A DNA stretch of 64,000 nucleotides from Paraphysomonas bandaiensis (Eukaryota; Protista; Chrysophyceae). Under the pieces are notes generated by a model that made no database searches, was not told where the DNA came from, and was given only the letters and a program-made list of their open reading frames with translations. The stretch covers positions 310,001-374,000 of the forward strand of contig CBFFRP010000217.1 in NCBI GenBank assembly GCA_965644295.1, in the 5' to 3' direction. Positions 26,265-38,281 of the stretch are shown here, piece by piece; position 1 is the first letter of the stretch, and each line of letters begins with the position of its first letter. Position numbers and translations under genes: made by a program.

Positions 26265-28306
26265 ATGAGGAATATTTTTTCTCTTCTATTACCTCTGTCA
26301 CTTATCGCGACAACAATCAGCGGCAGCGAAGATGTTGGAGCTAACCCCGCATATGTGTGTAGCTTCTGTGTGATAGCTCTGGGCCTCATTGAGGAGTCCG
26401 CCTTCCAGCTTCATCTGCAGGTATACATATATATACACACAGTCTTATCAGTGTGGGTTATATCTATGTGCTGTGTAGGAGAATTTACAGAGTAAGTGTG
26501 AGGGCGAACCATGCAAGCGTGCCGTGGAGAAACTTGTCCTGTCATTGGAGGCTAAGGCAGTGCCAGAGGAACTGTGCAGAGATATGTCCCTCTGTACGGA
26601 CGAGTGTTCCTTGTTCTCAACGTGGCCAGTTAATCCCCTTCCCCCGAAACCCATTGAGTGGCCTGTCGAGAGACGCCTTGATAGTACTGACCTTTCCATT
26701 CTGAAGCCAATATTTACTGACATGGTCAAGGATATTCAGACAGATGGTGTTCCAACTATTGGTGTTATTGCAGCCGCTCTCTCTCGTCTCCGCAACTCTG
26801 AAGATTACGGAAATTGTGGATATAACATTACCTGCCACATCATTGCATTTGTGGATGGCCACTTGCCTCTGCAAGACCATGATGGTGACCGTTTTGCAGT
26901 TGCGGAGGCTAAGAGGTTCCGTGGATCTGACTGGCGCGGTTATGATTGCGACGACAAGGTATCTGCACAATTCTGTCTACATGTGATGCAAAGATGTTTT
27001 AACGATTATGTACAGTTGAGTGATGTATACCCCGGTCGCATGGCTAGCAGCTACGATCCCAGCGTTGACCACAATTGCAACGGTATATATGGGGGCAACG
27101 AGACCGGGTCCTACGAGGAAATATTTTGTTCTGGAACCGAACAGCGGGGACTTATCATTTTGGGTGACAGCGCTACTGCCCATTTCCATATACCTCCACA
27201 GGTAAGTTATTTCGAACATTAGTTGTAGTGTTGTGTGATCACCGTTGTGTTCAGTGGTTGACTGCCGACGGGTGGAACATGGATCAGCTGCTGTCAGACG
27301 CTGAGAACGAGCTCGACTTCCCCATGTGCTCCTGGGGAACTGGTCATGTGACTCCTGAGGAGTGCCCGTATCAGTACCCTATCGATGGTGTTTCCGGTGT
27401 CTTGTCCCTTTATTCTCAGATGAGAGACAGAAATCGATGCAACAACAATGACTTTCAGAATATTGGGGTCAATGGCGCTCGCATGACGTCTTCCATGAAG
27501 CTTGTGGACTCCATGGGACGGGATCAAACTTTAGATTACCCTGTACTTGTGTGGCTTGCATTAATTGGCAATGACGTCTGTAATGGCCATCCCGGATACG
27601 ATCACATGACAACCCCAGATGAATTTTACGAACATGCCATGGAAAGTCTGCGCGCTATTGACGAAACCGTCCCTGCTGGCAGCCACGTTATCTCCCTAGC
27701 ACTGTTTGATGGGGAACTTCTTTACAGCATCATGCATGCCCACCAGGTAAACTCCTTCGTATTTCATGGATACATCCTGTGTTATGTTTGCCCTCCTGTA
27801 GCACCCCATTGGCTGCTCGTACGAGGACATATACGACTTTATGAACTGTGAAGAGGAGAACCCATGCTGGGGATGGCTTAACTCTGACAGGGAGGTCAGG
27901 CTCAATACTACGAGGATTTCCAACAGCTTGAATGACGTCTACAGGGTGTGTGTTGCATAAACTTATAAGTATCTGCTCTTGTTTGTAATCTGAGAGTGCA
28001 GAAAATTGAAGAAGAGGAGACTTTCAATAATTTCAAGTTTATATTTTATGACCCTGACTGGGTAGAGCTCTTTTCAGGTAGTACTGTGTCGTGCGTTGGG
28101 TTTTGTTTATAAAAGCTGGTACAGACTATACCGGCCCAATGTCGGATCTCATCGAGCCCGCTGATGGATTCCACCCAAGCCAGACTGGTAATGCCCTCTT
28201 CGCAAAGAAATTTTTCGAGTGGATGGTGGAGAGTCACCCTGAGGCCGTTGGGCCAGTTAACCCTCACAACGAGGAGATTGATGCGTTATTTTTTAGCGGA
28301 CGCTAG
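26265..28306 (+). CDS. AOAH: Acyloxyacyl hydrolase (saposin-B + SGNH lipase), multi-exon
   Basis: Signal peptide; saposin-like Cys pattern (CSFC...PEELCRDMSLC); PLQDHDGDRF, FRGSDWRGYDCDD, VDHNCNGIYG, IILGDSATAHFHIP (catalytic Ser), ENELDFPMCSWGTG, NIGVNGAR, IGNDVCNGH and EPADGFHPSQ (catalytic Asp/His). Confidence 0.93.
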
Positions 28307-29087
28307 AGTAATTCCTGAGTAAAGGATCAATCATCGAACTCCTGCATTAATTTGATATACTGTGAACCATCAATACATATTATGATTACGGAAACATTGT
28401 TGAATTTTCCGAGGGAAATATTACTTGTTATGGCTCTTGCAATTTTCACTTGCTTGCTGCAGATTCAAGCAATTATATCATCATGTAATAACAGAACCTA
28501 TATTTGTTTCTGATTTCTGTCCATGTGCTATCTAGTAGGCCCCTTTTTTCGGGGCTATGATTCTACTCTCGCAATTCTTTGTAGCTCTGTAGTGTATTAC
28601 TTTTTAAACGAACTCAAAAATAAACCGCAACTTGTAGTCTTTCTGTTGCATATCTAATATCTGATGACGTTGTTCAGGACAAAGTTGTATATAAATAGCA
28701 AAAAACAATAATACCACCGTATAATTCTCATTAGATTAAAAGAAGTTGAAAAGTATCATTACTAGTTTAGTGTTATGGTATTCTTGCAGGGTCAGACCAC
28801 GACAGGTGCTAGTGGCTGGCTTAGCATTACACCGCTAGTTGTATTTTTGTCTGAACACTCTGAACGGTATCGTATATAGTATATAGTGGTGTGTAAAAAG
28901 TCCAACGAATAGCAGATATGACGTGTATATATATATGCAAGGACTATAGATCGTGCGGTGTCTGGAGATATGCATATCCGTGGAGCCGATATGCATCATG
29001 TCCTCATAGCTAGATGGGCGGCAGACTGTATCCGTAGCTACTGCATAAATACAGCAGTGCATATGACGTAGTCTGGTATGCAGTATT

Positions 29088-29357
29088 CGAAGAGGAATGA
29101 GAGTATGTTCTTTTCAGTTTAGTACTTGAAGTGACTGTTTAAGCTATGCATAGGGCACATGGAGGTGTATGGTGTTATATTATGCAGTGTTTTGTGTACG
29201 GCTGTAGGTTAGAAGCATATTTTCCTCTTTTCTTATTAATGAGTTCTGTAGTAACTGCAAAGAGAACCTGCTTTTTGACTACCTGTAGTGTAGACTGTGT
29301 AAAAAGGCAACGGGGGTATTCCGTAACTTTCCACCGAGTACCGTATTTTTCTCTGCG
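29088..29357 (+). repeat. 5' LTR
   Basis: Starts cgaagaggaatgagag and ends gagtaccgtatttttctctgcg; aligns to 31576-31847. Confidence 0.85.
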
Positions 29358-29386
29358 TAAGAGGAAATTATGCTTCTAACCTACAG

Positions 29387-29574
29387 TCTTGTTCCTCCGG
29401 TAGAATGTCAAATCGCTGTCAGGTAGGTGCACAGTGAAAGACTCTCCTTGTGTATATGTCACCTCGTACATGTCTTCAATGTCAAGCAGACGTGGAAGAC
29501 ATGTACGAGGTGACATATAGACAAGGAGAGTCTTTCACTGTGCACCTACCTGACATTCTACCGGAGGAACAAGA
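29387..29574. repeat. Inverted duplication (fold-back) with ~80-90 bp arms and a 17-nt loop
   Basis: 29387-29477 is the reverse complement of 29495-29574, apart from one substitution and an 11-bp indel. Confidence 0.92.
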
Positions 29575-31575
29575 TGTACGTGGCCGACATGCGCGACTGG
29601 GCGACAGCTAACGTCAACGTCACAACTGTAGCGGAGCGCGAAGCTCAGTATTCGAAAGTGGAAGTCGCGAGAGCGCGAGAAGCACGAGACCTGATCCGAA
29701 TCTCGGGTTTCGACTCGGAGAGAGATGCTGTACAGCTAGTGAGCGACGGAAACGTTACAGGGGTGCGACTTACCCCGAGTGATATCAGAAGAGCTTTTGA
29801 CATCTACGGGAGACCGTTCGAAGCAGTGAGAGGCAAGCAGACGAATAAGAAAGTCTGCCGGCAATACGCGGATCCGGAACTGAAGGCAAAACAGCAGAAG
29901 GAGCAAGGGCTGTACACTGACATATTTAGTGTGAGACAGCAACCGTTCATGCTCACACTAGCGGAACCATTGGGACTAACCATTGTTACTTCACTCGAGA
30001 ACGAAACAACGGACCAGTTGGGATTGACCCTACAGGAACAAGTAAATCTGTTACGAAGCTATGGGTATATACCGACAGTTGCCTACCTGGACCCTCAACC
30101 GGGATTCAAGGCTGAGAGGCAAGATCACCGGGATGGAGATTGACGTGGTAGGAGCTGGAGATCACCTGGACAAGATCGACGCGAAGATCAGACGACTCAA
30201 AGAGACAATACGCAGTGTACATTCAGGGCTACCATGGAACCTACCAGATGCCAACGTCAGAGACCTGGTGAGATATGCCAACAGCCGCATGAACTTGAGG
30301 AGGCCATCCTCCAATGGCACAACTGTAGCACCGCGAGTGGCATTGACTGGTCGGAAACCCAATTATAAAAAGAAACCCAACTGTCACTGGCTTTCGGGGA
30401 CTATGTTGAATGCTATGACCCGAAAGTCAAGAGCAACAACGCGGAGCAGGCCAGAACAGCACCATGCATCGCGCTGTACCCATCCGGCAACGCAAATGGG
30501 AGCTGGATATTTTTAAACCTTAAAACAAATAAATATGTGAGTAGGACCAACTGGGTGAAGATGGTGACCACGCAAATAGTAATAGACGCCGTGAATAGGA
30601 TATCGTCATTGCACAAGTCACACTCACCTGCCACGACCTGTGAGAATGAGAGTCGAGAGATCGAGGATACCACGCCACCAGCAGAGAATGACAAGATCGA
30701 TAAGCCGAAGGAGCCTCATGAGGAGGGACAGACGACAGCCGCTGAAGCAGCTGCTACATGACAAAAAGAAGGCCATAGTTCCGGTATACCGGAGTGACCT
30801 GTCAAAGACTCAACTCAAACGAACAATTCGATCGCTGATGTTCCTGATCATTTCCAGCAACATCATTTGCTATCACAGGGTACCGAGCAGAAACTGGGTA
30901 GGAAGGAGGCCGCCAATTTCCATTCAGTGGTGGCCAAATTGCTATATCTATCGATAAGAGTTAGACCAGACATCTTGCTCAGTATAGCGTACCATACCAC
31001 GAGAGTTAAGGGTCCAACGATCGGAGATCAGCAGAAGCTGAAATGCCTTGCGCACACAAGGGATCAAGACCTGCAGCCAAAGATTGGAGAACAACTGCGG
31101 GTAAGAAGCGTCATCGAAGCTTCATTCGCCACCCACGAAGACGACAGAGGGCACACAGGCGTAGTTGTCCAGCTTGGAGGGGCCACGGTACTATGCCGAT
31201 CAACAAAGCAAACAATCGTGACAAAAAGACTCGACCGATTCCGAGATGGTCGGCCTATCTGATATGATGTCTAATGCAATGAGAGTACATGAGTTTGTGT
31301 GTGGGCAGGGCTATGCGCTTGACCCACCTGTTATTTATCAGGACAACTTGTCGAACTTCAGCCTCGTGACGAGGGAGGAGGCCGATATAGGTCGAAATGT
31401 CTGCGCGTGAGACAGGCTTTGATTAAAGAGTTAAATGATAATGGGGAAATCGAGCTGGTGTACTTACCCACTGGGGAAATGCTGGCAGATGTCTTGACTA
31501 AACCCCTGCAGGGTAACTTGTTTCGCCATTTGATATGTCTGATCGTTGGGAACGAGTAGACACATCACAGGGGTG

Positions 31576-31847
31576 CGTAGAGGAATGAGAGGACATTCTT
31601 TTCAGTTTAGTACTTGAAGCGACTGTATAAGATATGCATAGGGCACATAGTGGTGTATGGTGTTGTTCTACAGGTCATCCCTTCCCATTGGTTTCCATAC
31701 AAAAAAAAGCTCACACACCTCCCAAAAAAAAATTCTGTAGTAAAGAGAACCTGCTTTTGTTGTGTAGACTGCTGTACGAAAGGCAACGGGGGTATTCCGT
31801 CCGTTTATTGATCTGTAGTATGCGTGAGTACCGTATTTTTCTCTGCG
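31576..31847 (+). repeat. 3' LTR
   Basis: Starts cgtagaggaatgagag after the PPT and ends ctctgcg before the TSD. Confidence 0.85.
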
Positions 31848-32234
31848 GTATTCGTGTGTATTTCGTGTATGTTGTATTGGGTAGTATGCAGATGTATTTT
31901 GTATGTATATCTGTGTCTGTCCAAGTGAAGTTCTGCGTAGGGCGTGGAATACACTTAGGTATGCTACTGTATATTCGAGAGTAAGCATCATTATACACTG
32001 TATACCACTACCGTATAACACAGTATAATATACACTGCTGCTGGTGATGTCATGAGCGGAATCTGTAACCAATCGTAAATATTCTCATACGAATTAAAAC
32101 TTTCTGAGAAAATTCATCACATATGTGACGATGGCTATAAAACGACCTCATGTATACAGCATAACTATCACAATTATTTCCCTTGTCACGAGACACAAGG
32201 CACGAGTCCAATCGATCAATACCACAGGAATATA

Positions 32235-33269
32235 ATGAATAGATTGACCTTTAATAACTTCTCAGACATTGATATGAGCACCGACACTGTCTTTAGAGAC
32301 TGTGTGCCTCTTAGTAATGAGAGTGAGAGTAGCTCCTATGTAGATCTGCCAGTGTATAGGAGCATTTCTGTTTTGGAGCAGCCTCAACTAATTAGGAGCA
32401 GCCTCCATCAAGGGGAATTACAACGAGATGTCTTAGAAATGCCGAAGCTATCTGAAAATGTGTCTCCTAAGTCCTGCTCGTCTTCTGAAGAGCGTGATAG
32501 TCTTTTTAGTTTGTTAGATACCTATTCGGACTTCGTCACTCCAGGCGTGATGCCTACTGTCGATGACTTAGGATTCAACCCCCTAGCTTCGACAAATATG
32601 TTAATAGAGAAGTCTGTGGATGACGTGATTCAGTTTGTAAATAGTTCCTTGGTGGCTGCTGGCGTTTTTTCCGAGTATGACAGTGATATGTTTCGATGGT
32701 GTTGTGAAGTAGAAAAGGAGTACGAGGCAGTGAAATTTGAAATCCAACTCTTTTCAGCAACCGGTGGTGTGATAGTGGAGTTCTTAAAACTAAGTGGGTG
32801 CAGTCGTATATTCTCACAGCTTTATCGCTCATTCACATCATCAAGTGCTGATAGCGTTGTTGAGAAAGCTGTTCCTTCCACTGTGGCGGCTGATGTTACT
32901 GATAGTGATGTGGACGCTCTTATTTCTTGGATGGCTGCCGACCCTGTAGAGGCGACTAAGAGCGTATGCGTGCTGGTTGCCATGAGTTATGCACAAGCAC
33001 AACAGTTGGAGTCCACTATTCAGGTCCTTCTGACTAAGGCCTGTTACGTGCTTACTGCCCATCCTGATCTTAGTATATCCGGTGCTCCTATCCTCTCCAT
33101 GATTGGTACACTGCATCCTCTCTATGCTCAATCGCAACAAAATCCCCTTTGTCTTGACTGCATTGACAAACTGATTCCCTCTGTAGTGAGACTAGCATGC
33201 TCAAATTCGGTGTCTACGTACACGAAGTCCCGCTCACAGGAAGTCATTGAGCAGCGGTGGAGTATTTGA
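32235..33269 (+). CDS. Hypothetical protein with KA1-like domain and helical C-terminus
   Basis: Intronless 344-aa ORF. VKFEIQLF..GVIVEFLKLSGCSRIFSQLY resembles the KA1 consensus (FELEV...VEFKRLSGD..F..LY). TATAAAA at 32136-32142. Confidence 0.65.
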   Translation: MNRLTFNNFSDIDMSTDTVFRDCVPLSNESESSSYVDLPVYRSISVLEQPQLIRSSLHQGELQRDVLEMPKLSENVSPKSCSSSEERDSLFSLLDTYSDFVTPGVMPTVDDLGFNPLASTNMLIEKSVDDVIQFVNSSLVAAGVFSEYDSDMFRWCCEVEKEYEAVKFEIQLFSATGGVIVEFLKLSGCSRIFSQLYRSFTSSSADSVVEKAVPSTVAADVTDSDVDALISWMAADPVEATKSVCVLVAMSYAQAQQLESTIQVLLTKACYVLTAHPDLSISGAPILSMIGTLHPLYAQSQQNPLCLDCIDKLIPSVVRLACSNSVSTYTKSRSQEVIEQRWSI

Positions 33270-35533
33270 GTCATAGCTGTATTTAATTTCCATAGCCATT
33301 ACGGAACAGACTTTGCTGTATGCGATGTTTAAGTGTACATATATACTTCCGGTGGTATAACGATTAATCTATTAAGAATTTCCGAAAATTATTCAATTTG
33401 ACTGTTCCTGTTTTATTAACACCGCTAAAGTAGTAGTACTAGTCACCAGATTATACTATAATGCGTCTTATTTGAATAAGTCAGCGATTAAAAACAAACT
33501 ATGTGGTTGTAAATGCTAATACCAACACAATGTGACTGCAGAGCATAGAGTGTATTGCTTCTAATAAGAAGTTGTGAATGTCTGATTATTAGCAACAGGC
33601 GTGTGAGAGTAGCAAAACAAGTTAACTAACTAATGCTTAAATCTGATATCCTACTATTTTTCGCTAATCTGCTTGTGTGTCACAGCTAGCACCAAGGTGC
33701 AACCACTTTCGCTCTCTGTCCTGCAGGTGAACAGCCAGGATGCTTGACTACAGCAGGCAGTCCAACACCGCAGATGCCCTTGAGCCCTTGAGGCTTGAGG
33801 TGGGATGCCTGTTGCACGCGTGTATTAGAATATGGATCTTATTCTAGTATATTCATTCAGTATGTCACTTGAAGACAATGTACGAGAATACAGTGAAATA
33901 TAGTGATGTACAAATGCTGTGATGATATTCAGAAACTGAAATAGTTTGACCTTTCAAGATATGTTCAGTAACGAGAGGTTCGCATATGTAGGATATTATG
34001 CGTGGATTAAAACGAGTTGGTGTTGGTTATCACAACTTCGTGTAAACTATATTAAAAAATCTATCTAGCTGAAAATGAGCAATTTCCAATAGAGTGTTGT
34101 GCGCTCGTAAAACGTAAAAAACCTAGGTTAGTAATTAATTCCTCGTGTTATTATTCCTATTTTTCTCCTATACACACAGCGGGAGGGCCCCTCCTCCCAC
34201 TGTGTGTGTTCTCTTGTTGGTTGAATAGAATACTAATACTACCACTTTCAAAGTATGCATAGCCGTGCACTAACTCGGTAGACAATAAACAAGCACACTA
34301 AGGCACCTCATCAACTTCAATGAACTATCGGTTTTATAAAATTTATTATCTGCATACTATTGGGACAAATTACAATTTAATATTTGGGGAAGAGGCATAT
34401 ATCGCAGTAAATTCCCACTATTCAAATACAATTAAATAGTTATTTATTTTACTGTATGTACCGTTTATATTTTGGCAACAACTTTATACTATTTCATAAA
34501 TACATAAAAATACTATGTACTATGTACAAAAGCTACTGGTTTATACTATCCAATGATATGTTTAATTTATATAATTTGTAACTAAATTGAAACATAGAAC
34601 TGTGTGTCTCCACTTAACTTGCAGTATTACAATATTTTCAGCTTTAGTTATGTATGATGTATGACACTTGCAACTGTACCTTTACCAGGCAACGACTAGG
34701 AATATCAAAGAGCATATGACTGCACCTATGAAAACGACGAGTTCACCAGAAACGGCTTCTTAGAGGATATATCTAGCCCCAGGTTTAGAAAAGTTGTCTA
34801 AAAGAGAGGCTGTCATTCTATCCATCTACTAGTTGAAATGCCACACACAGAAGAAAATTAAAATAGCATTGCACAAAACTATGGGCACAATGTACTTGGC
34901 ATCTATATAATGAAATAAAGTTAGTGGGTAGAGTAATATATGAGTTACAGCATACATCACGTGAACTCTGCCCAACAAAACGTCCAGCTGCACTCTGATT
35001 TGTCCAAGTGCTTGCCAAAGTTCTCTATAAGGAGACTTGCCGTTCCAGACTCTTCATCAGCTCTGGTAGCTTTGTCCATTTTCACACTTGTCTGGCACGA
35101 TAAGCTAGTCTTGCATGATATATCGGTGCACTATGGATAGCAGGACCCTATGCATCTATCTGTGCTGTGCATCATACTCTATATGCAGGAGGCAGCAGCA
35201 CGTACGTACATATATGAAGGAAGAATTCTTGAACATACATAATACGCTGTATATAGACGTATACAGTGTAGAAGAGGTGTGATTGTTGAAGAAATATCCT
35301 TTGGCTCGAGTTGAATTCTCTGTATATACATCTATGTATGTATGTATGTATGTCAGTGTAGGACTGTGCTGTACACTACTGTACATGCAGAGCTCTATGT
35401 GTGCTAGATGAATGGCTTGCTTATTTCTCTCTCCATTGTACATTACATGCAATCAGGTATAGTCTGTACTGCTACACGTTATCCAGCTACACCTTTACTC
35501 ATTGCTCTGATTGGAAACTAGTGGTTCGAGAGT

Positions 35534-37195
35534 ATGAATGACAGTATCTATGATATGAATGGAGTCGCCCTGTGGGCGTTTTCTATTCTCTTACACTCTC
35601 TGTACTGTTCCCATGTGGCTAGATCTAGACAACAGGTTGTCAGTTCTAGACAAGGGAGTTCGCCCTCTCAGTCATATACGGTGTGGAAAGGAGAAAAGGC
35701 GCTACAGAGGCTTATATCGAGATCGAAATACATCATTTCTCCCGTATCGGATTCGGTACTATTTATTCAGTGGTGTCGGGATACATTCCGTAGCAAGATG
35801 TCGCATGATGAGGAATTTCGTCGGAAGGTTCAACGACGAAGAATCGAGAAAGAAAATGCACCGAAGCTACAACCCTCGCTTGCTGCAGAAGAGAGAGCAT
35901 ATACAGCTTGGCACAGCCACCAAGATTATTCTAGATTTAATGAACTCACTCGAAAGGCTTCCGGTCTTAAAAATGCCATATCACACATGGAACACAAAGT
36001 TAAGAATTTCACAGATGTTTCCCCGAAAAGTGAGCGCACACGCTCCATGTTGACCTTGAAGCGTAGCGAGCTAAAGGAGGTAATCAAGGAGGTTGAGCAA
36101 ATAGAGAAGGGAGAAGCATATCAACAATGGAAAAAAGCAGTTAAAGTCAGGAAGAATCTTGAAAAAGAGTTAGGGCTGGAGGCAGCAAATTCAGCCATAG
36201 GAACCCTTCAGAGGGAAGGGGGACATAGGAGACAAGTTGGGGGAGTGAAATTTGAAGATATAGCAGAAGATATCATTAAAGTATGTTGTGGGGGCAACGT
36301 TTTTATATTAAATTACATGATGTGCTTACTACAGGAATATGTAATTCCGGCCGCGCTTCGCCGGCACGGAATTTCTGATAGTCATGACATTGTGGTGATT
36401 CGAAATGTCACCCTTGGTATGGCCAGTGTAGCTGGATCTCCGGGAGAAATAGACGCTCTTATCTGCCGAATTACCGGAAAATCGGAAGTAGGGTCAACCG
36501 GATCTGCTTACACTTGCAAGGTTCTGGGTGTCGTGGAAGTAAAGAAGAACGCGGATGATATTGGTTCTGCCTTTGATAGGTACCAACGCTCCCTTGCGTG
36601 GCTTACAGGCATGAAGGTATGACTGGATGTGGGATATATACTGTGAATTAATGTGTTGTGCAGGATCGCTACATTGCTGAGGAGTGGAAAACAGCTCATC
36701 ATCCCTCTGGTCATTTCACGAGGTACAATGGATTGGAGAGTGATTGAAATATTAATCTATATTCGTAGACCGTATAAACACGCTCTAAACTCATCAATAA
36801 ATGTGGAATTTACGCAAGATTCCTTTTCTTTGATAACGCCTAGGGCTGTCCATCTTCCTGGACATATGACTGCCTACATGAAACTTATTGACAACAGTAA
36901 CAACACTGCCTCGAAGGAGTGCTTGAATTGTTTTTGCGAGGATCTGTACTTCATTACTAAGGACGCGGCCGTAGAGAACATGGGATCTAAGCTGTATAAC
37001 CTCACAACTCATAGACTAGCTTCTGGCCTTGAGTTTGATGATGAGCTGAGCGACGAAACGCAGCTAGAATCTCTTCGAGAGTCGCTTTTAGAGAAAAATA
37101 GTCAATATGAATACTGCACGTTTAGTGTCTTGAAGTTGCTTGAACATTGCAAGCTATTCGATCAGGTCATAGTGCTAGAAAAACCTCACTTTTAA
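35534..37195 (+). CDS. Coiled-coil protein with PD-(D/E)XK nuclease-like motifs
   Basis: Introns 36281-36334, 36617-36663 and 36723-36768 give a continuous frame. Motifs GVKFE, GEIDALI and VVEVKK follow a long helical region. The start codon is uncertain. Confidence 0.65.
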
Positions 37196-37901
37196 CATTG
37201 AAGTAAGAGCTTATCTGAATTATATTTTAAAAACCGAAAGAGAAGAAATTTTTCTTCGGGAAGTTAGAATTGCGTTTGTAGCTGTTACAAACAGCTGTAT
37301 GATTAATTTATACAAACTTAACTTTATAACATTTAACACTACGTTAATAGCTTACATCTGAACTCAATTTTGCTTTCTGAATACTTTCTCATTTGCATAA
37401 TGAGTGCCTTTATTGATTCAAAATCATCCTATTATCTTCACTGCTTTTAATATCCAATACGCTTTATATGTCAAATAGAAGAACGAATTCTACTCTCTAC
37501 CTCCCTATTAAGACTTAAGTACATTCTTATAACGTGCATCAACATCCTCCTCATGATAGACGATGCAGCATAGTCTGTCCTGGATATTACTACCCAATTA
37601 TATTACCTTTAAACTGTATTCAGCTCTTTGATTGGTGTATTTGAGTTGGACACACCCAACTCTTTCTAGATCATATATACTGCAGTATACCCCATAGTAC
37701 CGTATACAGTAACCTGATGTGTATTTTCGTGTGCGGTGTGTAGTTTGTACGACGTACACAGCATCATCTATACATACTGTAGTCTGAACCCTGTACAGCA
37801 GTATATGTATGTATGAAGCAGCAGCAGCATGTGTATGTATAAACCCCTACATATACGTATAAGTATGAACTACTGTATGTACATGTATATAGCGTGGAGG
37901 G

Positions 37902-38145
37902 TATGTATGTATGTATGTATGTATGTATGTATGTATGTATGTATGTATGTATGTATGTATGTATGTATGTATGTATGTATGTATGTATGTATGTATGTAT
38001 GTATGTATGTATGTATGTATGTATGTATGTATGTATGTATGTATGTATGTATGTATGTATGTATGTATGTATGTATGTATGTATGTATGTATGTATGTAT
38101 GTATGTATGTATGTATGTATGTATGTATGTATGTATGTATGTATG
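37902..38145. repeat. (TATG)n microsatellite, ~245 bp
   Basis: Directly visible; ends ~137 bp upstream of the ATG at 38282. Confidence 0.99.
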
Positions 38146-38281
38146 CAACATATGATACGCATCATTAAATATAATCAACCATGTTTACACGTATACACAC
38201 TCCACCTCTTCGATCCACTCGTATAGACGATAACTAACTGGAACACGGATATTGTGTAAACCAGTTACTCATAATTAATTT

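Larger units (their letters stand above)
29088..31847 (+). mobile_element. Decayed Ty1/Copia LTR retrotransposon, internally deleted
   Basis: Direct LTRs at 29088-29357 and 31576-31847, a 5-bp TSD GTATT (29083-29087 / 31848-31852) and a purine-rich tract acagggg before the 3' LTR. Frameshifted integrase (GAGDHLDKIDAKIRRLKE), RT remnants and RNase H (ASFATHED, STKQTIVTK, IYQDN, YLPTGEMLADVLTKPLQG) occur in Copia order. Confidence 0.9.
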
